From a virus (Duplodnaviria > Caudoviricetes), in IMG/VR virus record IMGVR_UViG_3300033564_000222, positions 1 through 31,005 of that record: a stretch of 31,005 nucleotides of DNA; one strand, 5' to 3'. Under the pieces are notes generated by a model. That model ran no database searches and was not told the origin of the DNA. It saw nothing but the letters and a program-made list of their open reading frames with translations. Positions within the stretch are counted from its first letter, which is position 1; each line of letters opens with the position of its first letter. Shown here in pieces: positions 1-8,984 of this stretch. The position numbers and the translations under genes were made by a program.

Positions 1-362
1 ATAATCATTGCTATTGCGATATTCTCTAATTCATGTCAGTCATTAATAAATATTAAAGGTGATATAGATAAAGTTAAAAATCTTGAAAGTATCGCACTTT
101 TAAATGTTTACATTTGTCCGCCATCCCTTCCTGTTTTTCCAATTGTAGATGTTGCATTATATTCTGCAGGTTATAACAGTATTTATAGCGATATTAATAT
201 GTTCCATTTTACACACGCTGATTCAATAGTAAATTATTTTGGTTCTCAATTGGATAAATATTCTCCAAGCAGAGTAATTTATGGAGATAGCCTAAATAAG
301 ATATTAACTGCAAAAGCTTTAGATAGCAATAATATAATTACTTATCCTTTATTTTTAAATAA
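1..362 (+). pseudogene. Host-like lipoprotein gene, 5'-truncated by the window and interrupted by the phage end
   Basis: Frame 1 is open from base 1 (IIIAIAIFSNSC..., hydrophobic stretch plus lipobox-like Cys) and very AT-rich. It reads across the TG at 363 and stops at 402 inside the phage end. The listed 199..402 ORF is its distal part. Confidence 0.6.
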
Positions 363-439
363 TGTTTATTACCAAAATATTTTCGTTTCATTACCACATT
401 AATCTTTACAAAATTACAAAGATTTTCTTAATGTGGCAA
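363..439 (+). repeat. Tail-side phage end with putative transposase-binding sites
   Basis: TIR at 363..378. Motif TTRCCAMAWTA-like copies at 369..379 (TTACCAAAATA), 391..401 (TTACCACATTA), 406..416 (TTACAAAATTA), and inverted at 429..439 (TTGCCACATTA on the - strand). Confidence 0.72.
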
Positions 440-445
440 CAACTT

Positions 446-898
446 TTATACCTCAATATTTTCGCTTTCTTCAACGCTTAAAATCATCCTTGTTGGAGAT
501 AGCTGTCTGCCTATAATTTGGCAAATGTTGTCGTTAGCCTCAGACAACGTCAAAGAATAGTATGGCGACACAGAAGAAGCAAACAAAATGCCCGTTCCAA
601 TTGTTTCTGGAGTTACATATTCTCCTGTTGTTGCATATCTACCGACAGTGTCTTCGTTGCCACTTGTCAAAGCGATACCAATTACTGGTCGATTGTTAGA
701 CGCAATTACAGAAGGCTTGTATGCTTTGTCGCCAACTATTGTAATTAACTGCCCAGCGGAGATAGCTTCACCATAAACAATAGCAACCCCATCACCCTGC
801 GATGTTGGCAACACTGAACTGCCAGATGTCCTCCGCCTATAATTTTGATTCAAAGCTAATCTTAGCGAGTTTGGTGCCATAGGATAATTAAGTGGCAT
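446..898 (-). CDS. Virion structural protein, cement/DUF2190-like beta fold (last tail-module gene)
   Basis: GEAISAGQLI...PVIGIALTSG pattern resembles capsid-cement-type domains. Overlaps the stop of the upstream tail gene. Confidence 0.5.
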   Translation of the reverse strand: MPLNYPMAPNSLRLALNQNYRRRTSGSSVLPTSQGDGVAIVYGEAISAGQLITIVGDKAYKPSVIASNNRPVIGIALTSGNEDTVGRYATTGEYVTPETIGTGILFASSVSPYYSLTLSEANDNICQIIGRQLSPTRMILSVEESENIEV

Positions 899-2684
899 TT
901 TGATACTCCGGAATTAATTCAACAGTAAGTTTGCCAGATTCAACCTCCCAAGTTAACGTAACAATTCGCCAATATGTTGGTCGGTTAGAATATCGTGGAG
1001 CTAATTTTGAACAGTCAAATTTTATGCGTCTATTGTAATCCAAGAGTTCCTTATAAAGAGAAATAGGGACTTCTAAAGTAAGCTTTTCAGACAATTGGCA
1101 ATGCTCAAACAATGACGCTCTGCTCATCCCAGCATGTCCTAAAAATAACTGCCACACATAGTGAACGCTCGAAGGCTCTGCGACCTGCATCGCAAAATTA
1201 TTCACGTGGTTATAAAACCAACCAGGAGCGTGTTGTAAATCATCGCTGGAATAGCTACTATTAAAATTCACTTTAGGGCGTGGGTTAACCATTACCCACA
1301 GATTATTGTTGCCGAAAGTCTCCCAAACTGTCGTATAATAATAGGCGGATGTATGACCTCGATAAGGCTTTTCCAACAACTTATTTTTTATCACATACAA
1401 CTTCATTGTTTCGCCACCATGCAAAGTAACGTCAACTTCTTTCACCCCTTCATCTTCTGTCGGGACTAATTGGCTGATATTTTCGACGATTGGGATAGTA
1501 TAAGAAGTATCTCTATCTGTTGTGCCACTTTTGGGCGAAAATATCTCTTCTACATCGCCCTCATTAAACTCCCAAAGCGAAGCCACAATTGAATTAATTT
1601 TAATTGGGGCATGTTGAAGTTTTTGCCTCGTAGTATCGTCTTTGATAATTTCAATTTCGCTTAAATAATCAGGGTAAATTCTAATAAATGAAACATAGTC
1701 GGCTTCATAATCGAAAGTGTTGTAAGATTGTTCAGCCATGTCTGCAAGATAATCGTACATGTTCGAGTACTTCCCAAACATACCGTTTTTATTTTCTGTA
1801 AACAAATAGCCATCTATGATTTCTCCATCAGATACTTTTTTGATATATGCCAAATGGAAAAAGCTATAAAAGTCAACTTCTGCCCCTCTCACATCGGTTG
1901 CTCCAAACGACTGTTTGTATAGCTGCTCTTGAGGCATATACAAAACAGAAGTGAACTGGTTTGTTCTTGACAATGCCAAAGTTAAAGCATCATGGGCTTT
2001 TATTAGCTGGTAATACTTTTGGTATATGCGATAAAAGGCAAAATTAAAACTCTCGCCATCGCTATAATCACGCACAACTGATGCCTCATAGTCCGCACAA
2101 TGTTGAGTCTTGAATATGTAGCTAAAAACCCAACTTTGATCTGTTGCAATGTATAAATCAGTCGCTGGGATTACTTTTGTGATTTGTTTAAAATCAACGC
2201 TTTCCATTACGTGACGGCTTAAATGCTCAATTGTCAAATCAATGCTGTTATTTTCCGAATCATACAAATCTTCGATGCCGTCAATTTGCAAACCTGTCAT
2301 TAACTTTTGGTATCCATTGCCATCATCATCTTTAAATAACTCCCAAATTGTGCCTGCGGTTATTGTTAAACTATCCCAAAAATGCGAACCGGTTAAAGCC
2401 ACAACTTTTTCAACCTGTGGAGATGTTATGGCATCACGGAAAGCTTCATAATCATCATCGTTTGGTAAATATTCGAGATTTAATGACACTTTAATATATG
2501 GAGCTTTTGCCATGCCTATCAACCTTTCTTGCTTCCCTTTTGAAAACTCTTTAAAGCTAATCACTTCTTCAGGGATTTGGATGTAACTGCCGTCGCGGTC
2601 AATAATGCCGTCGCCGGCTGGGACAATGTTAATCATCATATCCCAGCCAGTTGCAGGGTCTTTCCATAGCCATTTAAATAACAT
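888..2684 (-). CDS. Tail tip / baseplate hub-like protein
   Basis: 598 aa, downstream of the tape measure and Dit-like gene. C-terminal WRIVTLTWEVESGKLTVEL beta motif is typical of hub proteins. Confidence 0.55.
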   Translation of the reverse strand: MLFKWLWKDPATGWDMMINIVPAGDGIIDRDGSYIQIPEEVISFKEFSKGKQERLIGMAKAPYIKVSLNLEYLPNDDDYEAFRDAITSPQVEKVVALTGSHFWDSLTITAGTIWELFKDDDGNGYQKLMTGLQIDGIEDLYDSENNSIDLTIEHLSRHVMESVDFKQITKVIPATDLYIATDQSWVFSYIFKTQHCADYEASVVRDYSDGESFNFAFYRIYQKYYQLIKAHDALTLALSRTNQFTSVLYMPQEQLYKQSFGATDVRGAEVDFYSFFHLAYIKKVSDGEIIDGYLFTENKNGMFGKYSNMYDYLADMAEQSYNTFDYEADYVSFIRIYPDYLSEIEIIKDDTTRQKLQHAPIKINSIVASLWEFNEGDVEEIFSPKSGTTDRDTSYTIPIVENISQLVPTEDEGVKEVDVTLHGGETMKLYVIKNKLLEKPYRGHTSAYYYTTVWETFGNNNLWVMVNPRPKVNFNSSYSSDDLQHAPGWFYNHVNNFAMQVAEPSSVHYVWQLFLGHAGMSRASLFEHCQLSEKLTLEVPISLYKELLDYNRRIKFDCSKLAPRYSNRPTYWRIVTLTWEVESGKLTVELIPEYQNAT

Positions 2685-3039
2685 CCCAGACCTCCAAATT
2701 TGGGATCTTTAATCTCTTTGCTAAACCGGCTTCAATGGAAGCCCCTTCCGAAGACTGCCAAGAAGGCAAAAGGAAAACAAAATCCATCCCAACCAAAGAA
2801 GCAATGCATTTTTTCATGTACCATTCCCAAGTTTGACCTTCAATTAGCTTCAATGGGTTCCAAACCTCAAAGCCTTTTGCTTTTAAAAACTCTTCAGCTT
2901 TCGCGAACAAATCTAATTGCTCTTGGGTTGCGGATGAAATCTTACCAATCAACTGCACTTTTATTTTTCTTGTTTTCGCAGAGGATTTCTCTTCTATTTT
3001 TGGAGTCTCTTTTAATGCTCCGATTGTTCTTTTTGCCAT
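2674..3039 (-). CDS. DUF4406 (nucleoside 2-deoxyribosyltransferase-like fold) protein
   Basis: Motifs F..AE..L...G.EV.NP, WEWYMKKCI..L, and LLPSWQSSEGASIE..LA are characteristic of DUF4406. Confidence 0.8.
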   Translation of the reverse strand: MAKRTIGALKETPKIEEKSSAKTRKIKVQLIGKISSATQEQLDLFAKAEEFLKAKGFEVWNPLKLIEGQTWEWYMKKCIASLVGMDFVFLLPSWQSSEGASIEAGLAKRLKIPNLEVWDVI

Positions 3040-3055
3040 TTTATAGCCTTTTCAC

Positions 3056-3517
3056 TTAATTAAACAATGGTTTTAATCTGTTACAATTTAATTGATATAC
3101 TTTTTGACCTGCTTCATGGTCGTGGGTAGTAGATGGCTGTACAGTTGCCGATTCTATCAGCATAGCCTTGTCTTCTGTTATAAATCGGTAAGGATATTTC
3201 GTACCTTCTTCTTGACCTGCTCCATCCATACATATATATTTATAAGGTGCCGCCAATTTCATTGCTATTGCTTTTAATACATCCATGCCACTTGGGAAGC
3301 TGAACGGAACTAAGCCAAAAGTAAACTTCTGCCTTTGCCCTATAGATCCTTCTGTCCATGGTTCTATTGTCGGGTCTGCAAATTCTAAATCCAAAGCCAC
3401 CCAATTAGTAGGGTTGACAACCGCCAAACTTCCCGGCAATGAACTAAGATCAATTTCACTATTAGCATCAGAAACCGTATAAACGTCACTCGATGCTAAC
3501 CAAATTCGCCACATCAT
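3056..3517 (-). CDS. Distal tail (Dit-like) protein
   Basis: 153 aa, coupled by a 4-bp overlap directly after the tape measure. Call is positional. Confidence 0.5.
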   Translation of the reverse strand: MMWRIWLASSDVYTVSDANSEIDLSSLPGSLAVVNPTNWVALDLEFADPTIEPWTEGSIGQRQKFTFGLVPFSFPSGMDVLKAIAMKLAAPYKYICMDGAGQEEGTKYPYRFITEDKAMLIESATVQPSTTHDHEAGQKVYQLNCNRLKPLFN

Positions 3518-6500
3518 CTCCTTACCTCCTGTGCTTGTTTAGTCAAGCTCATTTTATATAATTCTTTTGAATCAGTTTTAATTGTTAGCTTTTGATTTGC
3601 CTGTTGTAACCTTGTCAATCGGACTTCTTTTATTAAAACCTCTGTCCGTTCAGCCATAGCTTCATTGTTCATATTTACAACTATATTGTTACTACTACCA
3701 TATTTCGGGTTCATCTGCAAAAATTGCTCAATCGGTTTCCCAGATTTATTAAAAGCCGTCAAAAAATCAACATTGTTACCTGCTTTTGTCGTTTGATTTT
3801 TTACAATGAATTCCGGCATGCCTCCTTCATTCCAAGTGATTGTTTTTTGACCGCCTTTTTGTAAACCTGTAGCCCCTTTAAATCCGAATAAATTAAGACC
3901 ACCGTGGAAAAATTGTAGCGAACTCACTTTTGCAGATGCAGCCGAAAGCAAACCTGTCAACAAAGCTGTTAAGCCAGTTGCTGTTGCTATACCAACGAAT
4001 GATTTTGACGCGATTTCTTTTGCATATATCTCCGCTATAAATATTGGGACTAACGCCTGCAAACCTTTTAATGAAGCTACAACGAACGCTTTTACTGCAC
4101 TTTCGCCATCTGCAATCATTTGAAGGAAGGTTGCTCCTGTTTGTATGCCGACATTCATATATAAATCGGTCATCAATTCTGATGATTCTTCGATGTTTTT
4201 TGTTTGCATTTTTTGCAAATTGGTCAATTCATCGTTCAAACGATAATATTCATCAAGATTGCCATTAACTAATGCCTGTATTGCTTCTTTACTTTTCGCT
4301 GCCGAATCAATATCCATTTGCGTTCTGGCACCAAGCAAATCTGTATATTGTTTGCTCAAGCCTTCAAATTCACTTGCATAGCTTTCAGCAATTGCTTTTG
4401 AAGTTGCCGATATTGATATAGCCAACTGCTCTCCAAAAGTTACCTGTGCTTCTTGTAGCTCTTGTAATTTCGCAATTCGCTGATCATCTAAATCATTCAA
4501 GTTTTTTATATACTCTTCGCGATCAATTTCGCCTTGCCGATAGCTATCTTTTAAATCTTCTGTTTGCTGGTCAATTGATTTGATCTCTTCGTTTAAACCT
4601 TCAATTGCTTCTCTATTATCCGGCAATTCAAAACCTGTCGAAAAGTTCGACGCAAAGGCTTGGCTGATTGATATGACAGCTTTTTGAGTCCTACTTAAAT
4701 TCTCAATTAGATAAGCCCTGCTTAACTCATCTTTTTTAGCTTCAAATTCTGCAAACGCTCTGTATTCTGCATCAAAATTGCCTTCAGCTAATTTCAATCT
4801 TTCTGCATACTGTTTTTTCGCCTGGAAAACAGCCAATTCCGTTTCTCGTTTATAGAAATCGTCAATTTGCTTTATTCTTGCCTCTTCAGCTGCCAAGTTA
4901 TAGGAAAGAGATAGGTCGTCAATCTTTTGCTTTTGTACAATCAATTCCGCATTGATTAGCTGATCGGCTTGCAAAATGCTATTTCTTAATTCAAGCAATT
5001 CCCTGTTAGCTTTGTTTTGCTCTTCCACGCCTGCATTGCTTACAATTAATTTCGATACTTCCAATTCCTTTTGTGCATATTCAGCGTTTTGGCTTAACAA
5101 TTCATCAATCCTTGCTTGATTTTCACGAGTTGCAATAGCCGCTTCCGTTGCATATCTCTCTTGTAATGCTTGGATAGAATTCCCTTGGATTGTCGCCAAC
5201 TGTGCTTTCATAATTGCAATTTCTTCAGAAGCCGATTTCGCCAATCTATCCTTAGTTTTTTGCTGATTTTTCACTGCCAAATCATCAAGCAAATCATTTT
5301 CTTCCTGTGCATTTAATTCATTTTGTGCTTTTAACTGCTCATTCAAAGCTGAAATCATTTCTGATTTTTGTTTTGAAGATACATTCTTCGCGTCTTTCCA
5401 CTTTGCAGTCTGCTCTTCTATTGCTCTGATTTCATCTGCATTTTGATTTTTAAGCGATGCCATTTGAGCCTTAAATTCATCATCAATGCCTTTTACAACC
5501 AATGACTCTCTCATGTCTTTAGTTTTTTGCAAAGTAGCTTGAATTTGGTCGTTTATATCTTGTAAAGTTTTCCCGGCTGGCTTTGTCGCTTGGGTTAATG
5601 CTTCAATCCTCTTTTTAAGTGTTGCAAATTCATCAGCTGTTAATTTGCCTTTTTTTGATGCCTCTGTTATGCCATTTAAAAGACCACTTTTTGATTCATC
5701 AAACTTAACTTTAGTCAACGTTTTTGAATCTTGAGCTAATTTAATTACGGCAGAACTAAACTTAGCATATTCAACTTGAGTGTCTTTTACATCTTCTTTT
5801 GCATTTTTGGTATCGGCTTCAAACTTTGTTGATTTTTTTTCCGGTAATTCATCAATCAATCCTAAAAATTCATATACCTGCCTTTTTGCGTCGTTTATTT
5901 TTTCTGAAAACCAACGTACATTCTTCGCCCAAGCATTTATGTTATCTGCAATTTTTTTTGCTACATTTTGAGCGTCTTTCATGCCTGTTGTAGTGCCTTT
6001 CACAGGAGCAAGAATTGACATTGCTGCATCGGCAACCTGCCAAAGTAAATTGAAGATAGATGATACTGGTTCATATACCAAAATAAAGGAGTCTTTGATT
6101 TGCAAAATTGTAGGGAGGAAAAAATCAATTACATCTGAAAGCACACCTTTAAGACCTGTTTGTATATCATCAAGACCAGCCCCTGCACCGCCAAATATCT
6201 CTCCAAACTGTTCTGTCAATCTTGCCGAAGCTTTTACTGCTGCCTGGTTGTTATCGTAACTTTCTTTAGCCGCTCCATTCAACTCTGTAAATTCGCCTTT
6301 AATATCGCTCAATGTTAGCAAATATTGCAAACCAGCATCCTCACCAGCTCCGCCAAAAATATCAGCAATGGCAGTACCGACGGCAGCACTATCGGCAGGG
6401 AGCTTTTTCATTTGTGCAGATACTTCTTGGATAATATCAAAGGTTGTTTTTGTCCCATTTGCCAATTCATTTTGGATCCTGTCCGCAGAAAGCCCAATGC

Positions 6501-7434
6501 CTTCTAAAGCATCTCTTGTAGATTGAGGCAACTCTCTTAATCTTAAATTAGCTTCTTTTACAGTATCGATAGCTTTGTCGTCGAATATACCAGCTTTTGA
6601 AGTCTGCTCAATAAATGCCATTGCTTCTTTTGCAGAAAATCCTGCCTCTTTAAAAGCATTACCATACTCTTGCATTATTGGCATTAGTTCAGTAGTTGTA
6701 TTGACGCCTCTTGCTAAAGCCTGCTCTGTCAACTGCAACGCTTCTGCTTGGCTAACTCCCATTTGTTTTGAGAAGTTGTTAACTGATTTCAATATCTCTT
6801 CAGTATCAACTCCATACCTTTCAGCCAATGCTCCATATTTCGCGGTTTGCTCTACTAAATCTTGACCAGAAGCCCCTGTAAATGCAGCAACTTTTGTTGC
6901 AGCTTCTTGGTATTCATTAATTTTAGAAATCAATACCCCAATACCAGCTATTGCTGCCGTTGCTATTGCTCCGTAAGGTCCTAAATTTGTAGCCAAACCG
7001 CCAAGCGAATCCATAACACCACCAACGCCACCCTGAACCATGTCAAGAGCTGATGAGATACCTCCACCGAATGAATCGCCTATGCCAGAACCAATGCCTT
7101 TGCTTTTTTCGTTTGCTTCTCCCAAACTATCAGCCAAGCCGTCCGCACCTTTTTTAGCTTTTTTAAGTTCGGTATCTATCCCGCCAACCGACGAATCGAT
7201 TTTTTTACCTTCTTTAGCGGCATCACCTAAAGCATCGCCTAATTTTTCAGCTTCTTTTTGTCCTTTTTTAAATGCTTTCCCGGACATGAAGTCATCCATT
7301 TCGCGAGTTGTTTCAATGTTGATTTGGCTATCAACATTTTGCAGTTTACGCTCTACTTCTTGAGCGATTCTTTGAATATCCGCGTCGTTTGCGGTTATAT
7401 TCACTTTTACATCTAATTGGGTAGTTTTTGCCAT
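3514..7434 (-). CDS. Tail tape measure protein
   Basis: 1306 aa, Ala/Gly-rich N-terminal region with GIFDDKAIDTVKEANLRLRE and ADIFGGAGEDAG motifs, long coiled coils, follows the tail chaperones. Confidence 0.92.
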   Translation of the reverse strand: MAKTTQLDVKVNITANDADIQRIAQEVERKLQNVDSQINIETTREMDDFMSGKAFKKGQKEAEKLGDALGDAAKEGKKIDSSVGGIDTELKKAKKGADGLADSLGEANEKSKGIGSGIGDSFGGGISSALDMVQGGVGGVMDSLGGLATNLGPYGAIATAAIAGIGVLISKINEYQEAATKVAAFTGASGQDLVEQTAKYGALAERYGVDTEEILKSVNNFSKQMGVSQAEALQLTEQALARGVNTTTELMPIMQEYGNAFKEAGFSAKEAMAFIEQTSKAGIFDDKAIDTVKEANLRLRELPQSTRDALEGIGLSADRIQNELANGTKTTFDIIQEVSAQMKKLPADSAAVGTAIADIFGGAGEDAGLQYLLTLSDIKGEFTELNGAAKESYDNNQAAVKASARLTEQFGEIFGGAGAGLDDIQTGLKGVLSDVIDFFLPTILQIKDSFILVYEPVSSIFNLLWQVADAAMSILAPVKGTTTGMKDAQNVAKKIADNINAWAKNVRWFSEKINDAKRQVYEFLGLIDELPEKKSTKFEADTKNAKEDVKDTQVEYAKFSSAVIKLAQDSKTLTKVKFDESKSGLLNGITEASKKGKLTADEFATLKKRIEALTQATKPAGKTLQDINDQIQATLQKTKDMRESLVVKGIDDEFKAQMASLKNQNADEIRAIEEQTAKWKDAKNVSSKQKSEMISALNEQLKAQNELNAQEENDLLDDLAVKNQQKTKDRLAKSASEEIAIMKAQLATIQGNSIQALQERYATEAAIATRENQARIDELLSQNAEYAQKELEVSKLIVSNAGVEEQNKANRELLELRNSILQADQLINAELIVQKQKIDDLSLSYNLAAEEARIKQIDDFYKRETELAVFQAKKQYAERLKLAEGNFDAEYRAFAEFEAKKDELSRAYLIENLSRTQKAVISISQAFASNFSTGFELPDNREAIEGLNEEIKSIDQQTEDLKDSYRQGEIDREEYIKNLNDLDDQRIAKLQELQEAQVTFGEQLAISISATSKAIAESYASEFEGLSKQYTDLLGARTQMDIDSAAKSKEAIQALVNGNLDEYYRLNDELTNLQKMQTKNIEESSELMTDLYMNVGIQTGATFLQMIADGESAVKAFVVASLKGLQALVPIFIAEIYAKEIASKSFVGIATATGLTALLTGLLSAASAKVSSLQFFHGGLNLFGFKGATGLQKGGQKTITWNEGGMPEFIVKNQTTKAGNNVDFLTAFNKSGKPIEQFLQMNPKYGSSNNIVVNMNNEAMAERTEVLIKEVRLTRLQQANQKLTIKTDSKELYKMSLTKQAQEVRR

Positions 7435-7448
7435 TTTCTTTTCCTACT

Positions 7449-7472
7449 AAAAAGGGAGCATTTAGCCCCCTT
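7449..7472 (-). terminator. Intrinsic terminator-like hairpin before the tape measure
   Basis: - strand AAGGGGGC-TAAAT-GCTCCCTT-TTT (one G-U pair). Confidence 0.55.
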
Positions 7473-7492
7473 ATTTATGTCAGTATTATTGC

Positions 7493-7798
7493 TTATCGTC
7501 GTTTTTTTTCTATTGGTTCAAAGTTTATAGCGGCTTGAGTTAGATAGTAACGCCATACGTCGCTCATCGCCCATTCATTGTATAATTTGTTGCATTCTTC
7601 GATATTGTTGGCAATTTGATTGCAAAATATATAATTGTCATCTTCATTGCCCAATAATTGCTTTGCGGTTAGGTATTCAATCTTTGCTTTGTGATACTTC
7701 TCTTGGAGCAAAGGTTCCATACGTTTAGAGTTTATTTCAAGATAATTTACGATTTTCCATTTTTGATAATTTTCAATTATTAAATCATCAATCGCCAA
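7493..7798 (-). CDS. Tail assembly chaperone C-terminal (gpT-like) portion, probably made by frameshift
   Basis: Lies between the gpG-like ORF and the tape measure, in the +1 frame, with only a weak TTG start. Confidence 0.65.
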   Translation of the reverse strand: MAIDDLIIENYQKWKIVNYLEINSKRMEPLLQEKYHKAKIEYLTAKQLLGNEDDNYIFCNQIANNIEECNKLYNEWAMSDVWRYYLTQAAINFEPIEKKRR

Positions 7799-8342
7799 TT
7801 GATCTACGAAAAAATTGCAACCCTTCTTTTAAAAGGTTCACATCCTGCTCTAACCAAAAATCATTGCTTTGCCAATCGAAAATTGGTATTGTTGAATTTT
7901 GGAAAATCGCTTTATAAATTTCGCAAGAAACCTCAAGTTGAATTTGCTCCTGTTCATCTAATGCCAATGTCAAAAGGTTTTGCACTTTCTCTTCATAAGC
8001 TATCAAATTGCGGTACTCATCCATGTTGGTCGCTCTTAATTTAAGCGAAAACTGTTGTGCAGCTTCAGTTCTGACATTCCCAATAATGATTTTGTTGAAT
8101 GAATTTTCAGGGAAACGCTCTGAATATCTTTCAACTGCCTCTGCTATGTATTTTGCTTTTTCTTGAGCTATTGGGCTGTCATACATTAAATCAAACTCTT
8201 GAGATTCAAGGCTTTTTTTAAGAGATTCCATTTTGTTTGCTAAAAGCTTTTGTTGCTTTTTAAAAGCATCACGTGCGGCACCTGTCGGTGCCTTCACGGT
8301 TGCCAAATGTTCTATCCCGTTGTATTTCAGTTTAATTTCCAT
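7788..8342 (-). CDS. Tail assembly chaperone (lambda gpG-like)
   Basis: Start MEIKLK at 8342 by TAATG coupling to the tail tube stop. Ends ...LQFFRRSIGD. Position between tube and tape measure. Confidence 0.7.
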   Translation of the reverse strand: MEIKLKYNGIEHLATVKAPTGAARDAFKKQQKLLANKMESLKKSLESQEFDLMYDSPIAQEKAKYIAEAVERYSERFPENSFNKIIIGNVRTEAAQQFSLKLRATNMDEYRNLIAYEEKVQNLLTLALDEQEQIQLEVSCEIYKAIFQNSTIPIFDWQSNDFWLEQDVNLLKEGLQFFRRSIGD

Positions 8343-8950
8343 TATGCAGCCTTCGCTATCCATTCAATGTTGAATGCTTCACCAGCTTCAATTTTCATCG
8401 ATGCAGGCACTGTGATTAATGCAGAAGACAAGACAGAAGAGATTTCCAAATCAAACTCCGCTTTGATACCCGCGGCAGTAATTTTAGGAGCATTTGTAGC
8501 TGTTGCTGATTGGATGTCCGAATAGGAAGTTAAAGGGATAGTTACTAAACCCGCTTTTACTTTTAGTTTACCAGTTGTATCTAACTCATCACCTTCTTGA
8601 CCATATACAACGACCAAGACCAACTCGGTTGATGTACCTGATTCACCATAAGCTTTCACGCCATTTTCGTAAACTCTCTCCGCAACATTGCCTCCGCCTG
8701 ATGCACCACAAACGGCTTTTAAGAAAGCTAAATAAGCAGCACTATCGACATCTTGGTCCCAACTTATTTGTGGGAGACCAGAAGCATCAACCTGGAAGTC
8801 GGTTTGTACCGTTTTGTCCAACAACAGCGAATATTCACTGTATAAGTCGGCAATTGTAGTGCCGTTGATTTGCCTTAACTCGTAAGCTGTTAATGCCTCA
8901 TTTTTCTTCACTCTATAGAAGTAAGCTTTGTTTTGTCCACCGAATGACAT
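8342..8950 (-). CDS. Major tail (tube) protein
   Basis: 202 aa, Ala/Gly/Val/Thr-rich, directly upstream of the chaperone pair and tape measure. No sheath gene is present. Confidence 0.65.
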   Translation of the reverse strand: MSFGGQNKAYFYRVKKNEALTAYELRQINGTTIADLYSEYSLLLDKTVQTDFQVDASGLPQISWDQDVDSAAYLAFLKAVCGASGGGNVAERVYENGVKAYGESGTSTELVLVVVYGQEGDELDTTGKLKVKAGLVTIPLTSYSDIQSATATNAPKITAAGIKAEFDLEISSVLSSALITVPASMKIEAGEAFNIEWIAKAA

Positions 8951-8984
8951 TTTGTTACCTTTTCAATTAGTTAAACATTTAAAT

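Noticed and set aside
391-439. Invertible promoter (12-bp IR around a TAATTTTG)
   Set aside because: Only 25 bp lie between the arms, no invertase is encoded, and the arms are better explained as end-binding motifs. An outward promoter at 409..416 cannot be excluded.
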